DNA of 64,000 nucleotides from NCBI GenBank assembly GCA_965223845.1, contig CBDCXR010000004.1:2432001-2496000 (forward strand). The letters run 5' to 3'. Numbering within the stretch: the stretch's first letter is position 1; each line of letters begins with the position of its first letter. Source of the DNA: Planctomycetota bacterium. Lineage in GTDB: Bacteria > Planctomycetota > UBA8108 > SXIK01. This document shows positions 39,342 through 48,271 of this stretch, one piece after another. A model generated the notes under the pieces. That model was not told the DNA's origin. It did no database searches and saw only the letters and a list, made by a program, of their open reading frames with translations. Made by a program: the position numbers and the translations under genes.

Positions 39342-40340
39342 ATGAGTTCGCACCGACGAGTCCGCCTCTCCATTCGCTCGATCGCTAGCGCGCCCGTTCG
39401 ACGCTGGTATGCGTTCGCTCCGGCGCTCGCGTTCGCTGGCGCCCTCGCGCTTTGGGCCCATCAGCTGGTGACGCAGCGCGCGCTGCCCCAGAGCCTCCCG
39501 GCGATCGCGGCGATCACCGCGTTTGCCGTGGTCGTCGGTGGCATCGTGAGCGTCGCGTGCGAATGGCCGAATCGCCTGCTCGTGTCTGCGGACGACTTCG
39601 AGCGAACTCTCGGCTGGGCGGTCGTCGGGGAACGGATCGATCGCGACGGCCACCGTCGGAGTGACGCCGATGCGATCGCTGCGTTCATCGACAACAACGC
39701 GGAACGCTACGAGATCCGCTCGTTCGCAGTGCTCGGCTGGGAAGGCGTCGACGTCGACTGGGTCTCGCGCGCAGGTCGGCAGCTCGCGGGTGAGAACCGA
39801 ACCGTGATCTTCGTCGACGCGAGCGGCGATCTCCAGCTCGGCGACCTCGCGGCACAAGAATCCCACACGAGCGAGGGACTCGTGCGCACGGCGGCGCGAA
39901 TGTTTCCTCGCGGCGAGCCCGACGAAGATCTGATCGCGGAGGCGCGCGAAATCCTCGCCGAACAACTCGTTGCGACGAGGGTCGACGGGATCCGGTGGCT
40001 CCCGCGCGGTGCGGGCACCGATTCCGTCTCCCCGGTCGCCGCGGACCGAATCGTCCGCGAGCTCAAGCGGCTCGCCGAGATCGTCCTCGTCGTTCTTCCG
40101 TCGTACCCGCGCGCATCGGTCGACGCGAGCATCGCCGCCGCCGGCGATGCCGTGCTCCTCGCGCTTCCCACGAATCGAGTTCGCGAGCTCGAGGTCTGGA
40201 CGCTCGAGGCTCGACTCCGATCGCTCGGCGCGAACGTCGCCGGAATCGTTCTCGACCACTCCCGCGAAGCACGCCCCCGCGTCTCCGCGCGCCGAACCGA
40301 AGCGCGCGAAGCCGCCGTCCACGGAGCTTTTCACGCATGA
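39342..40340 (+). CDS. Degenerate Wzc/CpsD (BY-kinase/MinD-like) membrane protein
   Basis: Two TM helices, then 'DDFERTLGWAVVG', 'RTVIFVDA', 'DAVLL', 'LRSLGANVAGIVL'; Walker A is lost. Confidence 0.6.
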   Translation: MSSHRRVRLSIRSIASAPVRRWYAFAPALAFAGALALWAHQLVTQRALPQSLPAIAAITAFAVVVGGIVSVACEWPNRLLVSADDFERTLGWAVVGERIDRDGHRRSDADAIAAFIDNNAERYEIRSFAVLGWEGVDVDWVSRAGRQLAGENRTVIFVDASGDLQLGDLAAQESHTSEGLVRTAARMFPRGEPDEDLIAEAREILAEQLVATRVDGIRWLPRGAGTDSVSPVAADRIVRELKRLAEIVLVVLPSYPRASVDASIAAAGDAVLLALPTNRVRELEVWTLEARLRSLGANVAGIVLDHSREARPRVSARRTEAREAAVHGAFHA

Positions 40341-41665
40341 ACGAACCGACTCCCGTCCTTACCTGGATCCCGGGCCGAACGGCCGAGTCGACGCGAGCAC
40401 CCCGCGTCGCTGCGCGCCCCTTTCCGCTGCGCTCGGAGCAGCCGACGGCCGCGCTCATCGAATCGGTGGCGCGGCGCGGACTCTTCGCCCCGCTCCTCGT
40501 GCGCCCACGCGGGGACGAATTGGAGATCGTGTGCGGATGGAAACGCTACCGTGCGGCCCTCGCGGCGGGCGTCGAGTGGATTCCCGCGCTCGTTCGAGCG
40601 ATGGACGACCTGGAGGCGGCGCGCTGCTACTTCGAAAGCAAGCTCACGCGGCGACCCATCGGCGTGGCCGCCCAAGAGGAGGCAGTGCGCGTGCTCCGGG
40701 AGGCGCGTGCGACCGGGGAATCGAATCGCCGTGCGGCCGCGGAATCGAGTGCTCACGAGTCGGGGCCCTCTCGAGGAGTCTCTCTCGCGGGAGACATCGA
40801 GGTCGACCGCGCGTTTGCGCAGTTCGCCGGGCGTGGATCGGGCCCGGCGTCCGGCCTCGCCGAAACCGGCTCTTCGCCGGCGCTCACCGAACAACGGCGG
40901 CGAGCTCAGAATCTTCTTCGGCGGACGGAGTCCCTCTTCGAAGAGGCGCTTCGCCGGAGAGCCCTCACTCCGGCTCGCGTCGAGAGCATCGTCGACGCTC
41001 TCATCGAGATGCTCGACGAGACTCCGAGCGCGACACCGGGTCTCATCCTCTCGGCGCGAGAAGGGAGTGACCCCACCGCTCTCCACTGCCTCCTCGTCGC
41101 GAGTCTCTGCTCCCTCTTCGGAAGGCGTCGCTACGCCGCGACGGACGAGAGGCTGCGCGATCTCATTCTGGGCGGGCTTCTCCACGACGTCGGGATGGTC
41201 TTCGTCCGGCGGGCGGCAATCGTCGACGATCCCGGCTCCGGCGATCCCGATCGTCAGTTCCTCAAAAGCCACACGCGCATCGGCCACGCTATCGTGTCCG
41301 CGACCCGAGCGTGGAACGACTCGGTTGCCGCGTGCGCGCGAGACCATCACGAGCGCGTCGATGGATCCGGCTATCCCGACGCCCTCCGCGCGGTCGAGAT
41401 CAGCGACGAGGCCCAGATCGTCGGCTTGATCGACAGCTACGCGACACTGATTAGTCCGCGGGCCCATCGCGCGCCGCTCTCGCGGCTGGAGGCGCTCGCT
41501 CGCCTCGAAGCTGCCGCGCGGGACGGGCGGTTCAGCCCGCGGTACGTCCAGGCGCTGAAGGCAGTTGCGGAGCCTGAAGGCCACACCGAGACCCCACCTC
41601 ATCCCGAAAATCTTCCGGAAAAACGGCTTGAGGAACCCGAAGATCTCGTTAAACTCCTCACTTGA
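40337..41665 (+). CDS. ParB/Srx-like N-terminal domain fused to an HD-GYP phosphodiesterase
   Basis: 'LIESVARRGLFAPLLVRP..EIVCGWKRYRAA'; 'LLHDVG', 'HTRIGH', 'HHERVDGSGYP'; ATGA overlap with the upstream gene. Confidence 0.82.
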   Translation: MNEPTPVLTWIPGRTAESTRAPRVAARPFPLRSEQPTAALIESVARRGLFAPLLVRPRGDELEIVCGWKRYRAALAAGVEWIPALVRAMDDLEAARCYFESKLTRRPIGVAAQEEAVRVLREARATGESNRRAAAESSAHESGPSRGVSLAGDIEVDRAFAQFAGRGSGPASGLAETGSSPALTEQRRRAQNLLRRTESLFEEALRRRALTPARVESIVDALIEMLDETPSATPGLILSAREGSDPTALHCLLVASLCSLFGRRRYAATDERLRDLILGGLLHDVGMVFVRRAAIVDDPGSGDPDRQFLKSHTRIGHAIVSATRAWNDSVAACARDHHERVDGSGYPDALRAVEISDEAQIVGLIDSYATLISPRAHRAPLSRLEALARLEAAARDGRFSPRYVQALKAVAEPEGHTETPPHPENLPEKRLEEPEDLVKLLT

Positions 41666-42432
41666 GAGTTGGAGAGTTCGGGGGAATGTGTTGTTCGCGT
41701 CTCCGCCAGAGCTCTTTTCTCTTGGCATTCCGGGTGGAGCCATCTCTGGTTACCCGTCGCCAGTGAGCACCGAGGAGTTGGTGCCGGCGAGTTCGGGTCG
41801 GGCGGGTGTTCCTTTCCCGCTCTCCCCACCGGGCGTGCTCAGCGAATGGAAGTAGGAGATTGAGTTCTTCTCTCTGGTTCCCGCTAGGGACCCGGGACGA
41901 AGCACTCAACATGTGGTGTCTTGGCGATTCGGTCAGACTCCTCGACGCGGCGAGTTCGACATCGTCGGGTGCAATTCCCGTCGGCGAAGTGTCGAAGCGT
42001 CACTCGCGATCCGGTTGCCGCCGGTTCACGCACTATGCTGCGCGTAGAGAGTCCCGTCCGGCTCGCTAGGTGGTTGGTCTCACACGATTCACACTCTCGA
42101 GACTTCGCGCTCTCGCGCCGGAGATGAGCGTTTGCCCGTGGGAACGCACTTCGAATTGGCGCAGACGTGAACGAATCGCGCCGGTGAACGTGGAGTCACA
42201 GCTGAGGAGGAGAAGCTGTCCGCCGCAGAGTCTCGATCGAGAGGACTTCGTGAGTCTTTCGCGAAGTTCGACCGGCCGGGTTTTCCGCGGCGAGTGCCGG
42301 AGGATCGCGCCCATGGCGCGGCGTCTGGAATCAATCCGCTGAACAAGTTCGTTTTCCGCGCGGGGCGACGCCGTTCGGAACGAACCCAGGCCGCGCCGAC
42401 GCAGCGGAGCGGCTCGAAGGGGGAAGTCGAGA

Positions 42433-43161
42433 ATGTTAGCCAACGTGCCGAGGAGCGTGCTCGAAGAGCTGACGGTCCGAGACCTCGAACAGCTTCTCGA
42501 GTGGAAAAAGAGGAATACGTCCATCGGTGATCTGCTCCGGGAACGAGACCGACTGCGTCTCGAGCTCCGGCGGGTCGAGGACGAGATCGAAGCCCTGGAA
42601 AAGGAAGATCGAGAAACGCGCGAGCGAGAGCAGACCGAGAACGGCGGTCCGGAGACGAGCTTCCTCGCCGGCAAGCGAAAGAAGAACCTGAAGGATTACA
42701 TCGCGCAGGTTCTCCTCGAAGCGGGCGAGGCTCTCTCCCCGTCCGAGATTCAAAAGCGTCTCCCGGGGGCCGGCTACCAGTCGAGCTCGACGAACCCGCG
42801 GTCGTTCTACAACACCGTCTTCCAGGCGCTCCAGCGCTACGACGCGTTCTACAAGGAGGGGAAGAAATACGCGCTCGCCGATCACGCCTCCGAACGCGCG
42901 ACGACGGCGGCGAACATCCTCCCGAAGAACAAGACTCGCTTGAAAGACTACATCGTCGACGTGCTGAGTAAGGCGCCCAGCCCGCTCAAGGTCTCCGAGA
43001 TCTCGAGTCGAGTCGTGATCGAAGGCTACGAAACCGATCTCGCGATGGACGAGCTCACGCAGCGCGTCTCGGCTACGCTCAAGAAGTACCTGAACAAGGA
43101 CTTCGACTGGGACAGCCAGCGTTACCGGCTCGCCGAGCGGACGGTGGGCGTCGCGACCTAG
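42433..43161 (+). CDS. Coiled-coil protein with tandem winged-helix DNA-binding domains
   Basis: N-terminal coiled coil; two repeats 'LKDYIAQVLLEAGEALSPSEI' and 'LKDYIVDVLSKAPSPLKVSEI'. Confidence 0.75.
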   Translation: MLANVPRSVLEELTVRDLEQLLEWKKRNTSIGDLLRERDRLRLELRRVEDEIEALEKEDRETREREQTENGGPETSFLAGKRKKNLKDYIAQVLLEAGEALSPSEIQKRLPGAGYQSSSTNPRSFYNTVFQALQRYDAFYKEGKKYALADHASERATTAANILPKNKTRLKDYIVDVLSKAPSPLKVSEISSRVVIEGYETDLAMDELTQRVSATLKKYLNKDFDWDSQRYRLAERTVGVAT

Positions 43162-43600
43162 TCCCCGGACTCGGCACGCGAGCGAGCGAAGCGGCCGGCG
43201 TCCGGTTCCGCCCGGCCGAAAACGGAAGTCCAAGCGAGCACGCCGGCGAAGTGATCGACCGAATTCGCCGCGAATTCGCCCCCCTCCGCACGCCGTCTCG
43301 TCCGCCCGTTCGGGCGAGACCGGCCGGGAAGCACGAAACGCTCGCTCCCGACAGAAGCGCCCGTCAACGCACGATCTCGCGCCTTCGACGCGACGCCGAT
43401 CTCGCGCTCGCACCACTCGATTGGAAGGCCCCGCACGGCGCTCGGATCCCGGTTGACAACCCCGAAGACGCGAAGTATATCACTATGCTCCCTGCAGATC
43501 GGGAACGACCGAAAAGCAGGAAACCCTCACGCGAACCGCGGCGATTCACGGGTGCGCGTGGCGGCTCAACGCGAGCCGTCAAGCCCGCGCCGCACGCTGG

Positions 43601-43678
<78 letters not shown>

Positions 43679-43688
43679 AGAAACCACA

Positions 43689-43746
43689 AGGACTTACGAC
43701 TTCGAGTCGTGAGTCCTTTTTCCTTGGTGTAGCAGAATTGTAGCAT
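43689..43746 (+). terminator. Hairpin/terminator followed by an arm-type-like direct repeat
   Basis: AAGGACTTACGAC-TTCGA-GTCGTGAGTCCTT then TTT; followed by TGTAGCAGAATTGTAGCA. Confidence 0.6.
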
Positions 43747-43770
43747 TTCACTTTCGCGTCCCCCTCTCTC

Positions 43771-44004
43771 TCACGGTTCGCGCCGAGCGTTTCGGCGCAT
43801 CCAGTTGATCAGTTCGGAACGGACGTACTGCGCACGCCGACCGGCGCGAAGAAACGGAAGCGGGTCCTTCTTGCGCCGCCTGAACACCAACAGGCGCTGC
43901 TTCGAGATCGGCTTTCCCGGCGGACCAAGAAGCTCGCGCGCTTCCTTCTCGCCGAGCAAATCGTCGCCACCTGCGGCTATCGACTCTGCTGTCATCGTCG
44001 GCAT
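43771..44004 (-). CDS. Excisionase-like HTH (HTH_17/MerR-type)
   Basis: 'LLGEKEARELL..PLPFLRAGRRAQYVRSELINW'; GGAGGGAG RBS. Confidence 0.7.
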   Translation of the reverse strand: MPTMTAESIAAGGDDLLGEKEARELLGPPGKPISKQRLLVFRRRKKDPLPFLRAGRRAQYVRSELINWMRRNARREP

Positions 44005-44013
44005 GCTCCCTCC

Positions 44014-44346
44014 CTACCCGCGCTTCGCGCGCTTCTTCTTGATGGTGGTTTTCTTCCTCGTCGACGCCTTTCTCTTCACCACCTTCTTCTTGTTCTTCTT
44101 CCCGCCCCGGCGCCGCGGGCGCGCGGAGCGCTTGCGGCGATAGTCGCGCTGCTCTCCCCAGGCCAGAAGGTCTCGGCCGCAATACCGAATCCCAGAGCGT
44201 TCCCCGAAACGGTAGAACTTGAGCTCCCCAGATTTTCGCGCTGCCCTTAAGACTTCGCGCGAAACACGGAGCAGGGAGGCAGCCTCCTGCTCCGTGTAAA
44301 TCTCTTCTGCGCGACCGAACGCCCCAGAGTCGGTCGTTCCCCTCAC
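44014..44346 (-). CDS. Excisionase-like HTH with a Lys/Arg-rich tail (start uncertain)
   Basis: 'IYTEQEAASLLRVSREVL..GELKFYRFG..IRYCGRDLLAW' plus 'KKNKKKVVKRKASTRKKTTIKKKRAKRG'. Confidence 0.65.
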   Translation of the reverse strand: MRGTTDSGAFGRAEEIYTEQEAASLLRVSREVLRAARKSGELKFYRFGERSGIRYCGRDLLAWGEQRDYRRKRSARPRRRGGKKNKKKVVKRKASTRKKTTIKKKRAKRG

Positions 44347-44388
44347 CTGTTCGGCATCATCGAAAAGGAAGTCGACCTCCCGCGAAGA

Positions 44389-44586
44389 GTGGCCTTCCGC
44401 CTCAGAACCACGCGGGAGCTCACCCGCGCCGAGATCCGGAAGATCGCCGAAAGACTGCGCGACGAGCGTGCGGAGCGAACGTTCATCGTCTACTATCTTC
44501 CGGGGATGGACGTCGACGCCGGAGCATGGGCGTCGTCGCACTTCAACCCCGATCTCGAGATCAGGATCTACGGCCGCGAGAAGTGA
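44389..44586 (+). pseudogene. Probable 5'-truncated fragment of a conserved hypothetical protein
   Basis: 'ERTFIVYYLPGM..GAWASSHFNPDLEIRI' reads like a real domain, but only ~40 bp separate it from the divergent gene. Confidence 0.45.
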
Positions 44587-44606
44587 CGCGGCGATAGGAT
44601 GAACGC

Positions 44607-45425
44607 ATGAAGTTCGAAGTGATTACCGAAGAGAACTTTCGGCAGCTGCCGCGATGGGCGAACGTCGCCTTCGCAGCTCGATGCGCCCGGCGGGTGCTGC
44701 ACGTATTCTTGGATTGGACGGGGGCGAGTGCCGTTCAGAAGGCCGCGGTGAAGAACGCGGTCTCGATTGCGATCGTTTATTCCTCCCGCGGCGACCAGCA
44801 CGACGACGGTCTCATCCATGTCTCCAACTCCGCCGCTCACGCCGCCGTGCGTGCCCGCGCCGACGGCGACGGCGACGTGAGGGCCTCCGCCGCCTCCCTC
44901 GCAGCCGAATCTGCCGCCGCCGCCGCAGCAGCTGCGGCGGCGGCCGGTCATCCCGGTCTCGACTGCGCCATCGCCGCCGCCTCCGCCGCCTCCGCCGCCG
45001 CCGGCGTCGGAGGCGAATTGGCCGAATCCGACTCCGACGCCGCAGATGCCTACGACGCTGTCGCCTCCGCCCAGCGGCACGACTACGAGCTCCTCCGCGA
45101 AACCGCGAAGCGCGAACACTGGACCGACGACACACTTGTATCGCCCGAGTTTTTCGGCGAGCTCTGGCCAGACGGCGAGCCGGACTGGTGGCCGAAGGCG
45201 AAGACCGTCGAGATCAAAATTAGCGCGAACGCGCAGGTGGGTGCGTCGATGGAACTCGCACCGCCACCGCTACGCGTCTACGTCGACCCGGGTGACGCGC
45301 CGCGGGACGCGATCACGGACTTTTACGTAGCGCTTGCCGCGTACTACAAGTCGTTGGGCGGATCCGGACTTCGATTCAAGGAGGACGAAATCGGAACGGT
45401 CATTCCGGCGGAGTCCGAGCTATGA
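44607..45425 (+). CDS. Ala-rich helical hypothetical protein
   Basis: 'LPRWANVAFAARCARRVL', an Ala-rich core, 'LWPDGEPDWW'; ATGA-coupled to the next gene. Confidence 0.7.
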   Translation: MKFEVITEENFRQLPRWANVAFAARCARRVLHVFLDWTGASAVQKAAVKNAVSIAIVYSSRGDQHDDGLIHVSNSAAHAAVRARADGDGDVRASAASLAAESAAAAAAAAAAAGHPGLDCAIAAASAASAAAGVGGELAESDSDAADAYDAVASAQRHDYELLRETAKREHWTDDTLVSPEFFGELWPDGEPDWWPKAKTVEIKISANAQVGASMELAPPPLRVYVDPGDAPRDAITDFYVALAAYYKSLGGSGLRFKEDEIGTVIPAESEL

Positions 45426-45904
45426 GCGAGTTTAAGGAGCGCGAACTCGTTCAGCGGTCGGAACAGGTGCCCGCGAAAAGGGGTGACCCGCCGAATGTTT
45501 GGGACCAGTTCCTTTCGGGGCTGAAGAGTGTAGCGCAGGCTCCGTTTTTCGCGACGCGTTTCTTCCAAGCGAAAGTAGAGCAGGAGGAGGCGAAAGCCGA
45601 CGGCATGCGCCTCGACAACGCGATCAAGCGGATGGACGCGGCAAGGAGGGACTACGAGCAAGTTGTCGACGCCGAATACACCGAGAAGCGGGAGGAGAGC
45701 CAGGGGGTTCGTCAGGACGCGCTGCCGCCCGCGCGCGTCAAAGAACTGAGGGGCCAGCTCGAGAGTCCCGAGGAACCAGACGACGCCCGCGCCACCCTCA
45801 AGGCGGCGATCGAGAGGATCAAGATGGCCGGCGGTCACGTCGAGTTTGAGCTTCCAGAAGAGACCGACGACGGAGAGCTCGACGGCGAAGACGAAGCCGA
45901 GTAA
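45422..45904 (+). CDS. Hypothetical coiled-coil protein
   Basis: ATGA overlap with the upstream gene; followed by a terminator. Confidence 0.65.
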   Translation: MSEFKERELVQRSEQVPAKRGDPPNVWDQFLSGLKSVAQAPFFATRFFQAKVEQEEAKADGMRLDNAIKRMDAARRDYEQVVDAEYTEKREESQGVRQDALPPARVKELRGQLESPEEPDDARATLKAAIERIKMAGGHVEFELPEETDDGELDGEDEAE

Positions 45905-45926
45905 CCACCAACGCCCACAACTGCCC

Positions 45927-45957
45927 GCCCCCGCCGGGTTCGCTCGGCGGGGGTTTT
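45927..45957 (+). terminator. Rho-independent terminator
   Basis: CCCCCGCCGGG-TTCG-CTCGGCGGGGG followed by TTTT. Confidence 0.7.
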
Positions 45958-45971
45958 GTCTCGAGTGAACG

Positions 45972-47186
45972 ATGGCGAATCCTGAGCATGTCGCGAAGCT
46001 GAAGAAGGGGGTGAAGGCTTGGAATGCGTGGCGGGAGGAGAATCCGGAGGTTCGGCCTGACCTTAGCGGCGCGGACCTCCGCGGCGCGGACCTCCGCGGC
46101 GCGGACCTCCGCGGCGCGGACCTCCGCGGCGCGGTCCTCAACGACGCGAACCTCGGCGGCGCGGACCTCCGCGGCGCGGTCCTCAGCGACGCGGACCTCA
46201 GTGGCGCGATCCTCAGCGGCGCAAACCTCAGCGGCGCGACCCTCCCCAGCGCGGACCTCCGCATCGCGGGCCTCCGCAGCACGAACCTCAGCGACACGAT
46301 CCTCAGCGACGCAAACCTCAGCGACGCAAACCTCGGCGACGCAAACCTCGGCGGTGCAAACCTTAGCGGCGCAATCGTCTGCCGCGCGGACCTCAGCGGC
46401 GCAAACCTCGGCTTCGCTAATCTCTACCGCGCAGACCTCAGCGAATCGAAGCTTGGCCACGCGAAACTTTGGTCGACAATCTTTGCCGAGTGCAATCTCT
46501 CATCGACCACCGGCCTCGATTCGGTCGCTCATTGGGCGCCAAGCACGATCGGCCTCGACACACTCCAGCGCTCCGGCTCGCTTCCGGAAGTGTTCCTGAG
46601 AGGCTGCGGCTACTCGAAGTGGCACGTGGAGATGGCCAAGCTCCACGACTCGAATCTCTCCGCCCACGAGATCTCGGAGATCACGAACTCCATTTTCCTC
46701 GCACGCGTCGAAGGCCCGCTCTACCTCGGCGGCTTTTTCATCTCGTACTCGCGCGACGATGGCGAGCTCGCCGAGAAGCTGCGCGTTTCGCTAATCGAGG
46801 CTGACGCGTCGGTATGGATGGACGTACACGATGCGGTTGGTGGCCCACTCGAGCGTCAGATCGTCGACGCGGTTCGGCTGAACGACATCGTGCTGCTCGT
46901 TCTTTCCGAGCGATCGGTGAACAGCGAGTGGGTCGAAGGAGAGCTCCGCACGGCGAACCGGAAGGCGAAGGAAGAGAAGCGGGACGTGATCCTGCCGATC
47001 GCTCTCGACAAGTCGTGGGAACCGAAGGTCGAAGCGGAGCCGGTGCTCTGGCGGCAGGTTCAGCGGTGCAATGTGCTCGACTTCTCGGAGTGGCAAGATT
47101 CGGCGAAGTTCAGCGAGCAGTTCGAGAAGGTGCTCGCTGGCGCGAAGCGGTATTACGCGCCGAAGGCGAAGGAGACAGCCCCATGA
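45972..47186 (+). CDS. Pentapeptide-repeat + TIR domain protein
   Basis: 'MANPEH..WNAWR', A(D/N)LxG repeats, 'FFISYSRDD', 'SVNSEWVEGE'. Confidence 0.92.
   Translation: MANPEHVAKLKKGVKAWNAWREENPEVRPDLSGADLRGADLRGADLRGADLRGAVLNDANLGGADLRGAVLSDADLSGAILSGANLSGATLPSADLRIAGLRSTNLSDTILSDANLSDANLGDANLGGANLSGAIVCRADLSGANLGFANLYRADLSESKLGHAKLWSTIFAECNLSSTTGLDSVAHWAPSTIGLDTLQRSGSLPEVFLRGCGYSKWHVEMAKLHDSNLSAHEISEITNSIFLARVEGPLYLGGFFISYSRDDGELAEKLRVSLIEADASVWMDVHDAVGGPLERQIVDAVRLNDIVLLVLSERSVNSEWVEGELRTANRKAKEEKRDVILPIALDKSWEPKVEAEPVLWRQVQRCNVLDFSEWQDSAKFSEQFEKVLAGAKRYYAPKAKETAP
46071..46130 (+). repeat. Perfect 15-bp tandem repeat x4 encoding ADLRG
   Basis: GCGGACCTCCGCGGC four times. Confidence 0.9.
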
Positions 47187-47686
47187 GCCCGATTCGGCTT
47201 GAATCAGAAGACTCCAATTTCAAAGGAATGACGTTCGAGCAGAGAATCTTCCGCATTCTTCGCTCGTTCCAATCGCTTTGCCCCGAACGCCTTGTTTCGC
47301 TCACGCATCAACCGCGGATCAGACTCGTGACAGGCGAGTTTCGTGTCCCCGATTTCCAACTGATCGTCGAACGCGGCGCAACACGAGACTGGTGGTTGAT
47401 CGAATGTCAAGATCGTAAGAAGAGTTCGAACGCGATTCTGGAGAAGCTCTCGCACATTCGACAATTCGGTCGTCAGGGCGCAGGAGATACGCTCCCGACA
47501 ACGAAATTCTTGTTCGTCCACGGACACGCACTCTCCGACGCCTTCCGACAACAAATGAGGGCTAGTGTCGGAGCGCACTGTATGGATCCGGGCGAGCTCG
47601 AGCTTTGGCTTCGCACTCTCATTGTCGATGTCAAACCGGTGAAACCACCGTCGATAAATTCTTCGAGCCCGATCCCATACCCATGA
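47183..47686 (+). CDS. PD-(D/E)XK restriction-endonuclease-like (Mrr-like) protein
   Basis: 'FEQRI..RVPDFQL..WLIECQDRK'; ATGA overlaps at both ends; AT-richer than its flanks. Confidence 0.6.
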   Translation: MSPIRLESEDSNFKGMTFEQRIFRILRSFQSLCPERLVSLTHQPRIRLVTGEFRVPDFQLIVERGATRDWWLIECQDRKKSSNAILEKLSHIRQFGRQGAGDTLPTTKFLFVHGHALSDAFRQQMRASVGAHCMDPGELELWLRTLIVDVKPVKPPSINSSSPIPYP

Positions 47687-47991
47687 CCCCCGGCCGAAAG
47701 ATCCTGAACCTCCGGCTCGATGCCGGGATCAAACAGCAGGAGCTCGCGAAGATGGCCGGCGTCTCGCCCGCGGCGATCTCCAAGATCGAGACGTACGAGC
47801 ATGAACGGAACCCGCGTGCGAACGTGCTACACGCGATCGCTCGCGCGCTGTGGGTGACGGCTGACTACCTGCTCGACGAGGAGGCGCCGTACCCTCCGCC
47901 GGTTGGTGAGGATCCGCCGACAGTTGAGCGGCCCCGGGAGATGGTGGAGATGCGGGTGACGCTCGAGGAGCGGGCGGTGACCGCGCGATGA
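47683..47991 (+). CDS. XRE-family HTH regulator, copy A (shorter C-terminus)
   Basis: 'ILNLRLDAGIKQQELAKMAGVSPAAISKIE..NPRANVLHAIARALWVTADYLL'. Confidence 0.85.
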   Translation: MTPGRKILNLRLDAGIKQQELAKMAGVSPAAISKIETYEHERNPRANVLHAIARALWVTADYLLDEEAPYPPPVGEDPPTVERPREMVEMRVTLEERAVTAR

Positions 47992-48098
47992 AGACGAAAG
48001 CCAAGCTCACCCTCTGGCTGCTGAAGCACCGGAAGTGGCTGATTCCGGCGGGGATTTTGGTCGCGGCGGGCGTGGCTTGGTGGGTTTGGGGGCGTTGA
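47988..48098 (+). CDS. 36-aa single-pass membrane peptide, copy A
   Basis: MKTKAKLTLWLLKHRKWLIPAGILVAAGVAWWVWGR; ATGA-coupled to the HTH gene; paralog at 59905. Confidence 0.7.
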   Translation: MKTKAKLTLWLLKHRKWLIPAGILVAAGVAWWVWGR

Positions 48099-48271
48099 GA
48101 AACCGCAAAGGCCGAAATTCGGGAGAGCGTAGGTTCGCAGACCGATAACGCCAGTACGAGCGGAACTGGCGCGAACGGGCACGGCTACTGGGGTAAGATT
48201 GGAGTGGCCTAATCTCTGTCGAAATCGACCCTCTAACGTCATCACATCTGCAGAAAACTCAGGCGCGTGCC

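Noticed and set aside
43453-43481. TTGACA-N17-TATATC as the tRNA-Asp promoter
   Set aside because: Plausible, but the -10 box lacks the conserved final T and lies ~120 bp upstream; too weak to list.
44900-45010. GCC-rich low-complexity tract
   Set aside because: It is simply poly-Ala coding sequence inside 44607-45425.
46071-46440. 15-bp periodic repeats (also 59250-59770) as a CRISPR array
   Set aside because: They have no unique spacers, encode pentapeptide repeats in frame, and no cas genes are present.
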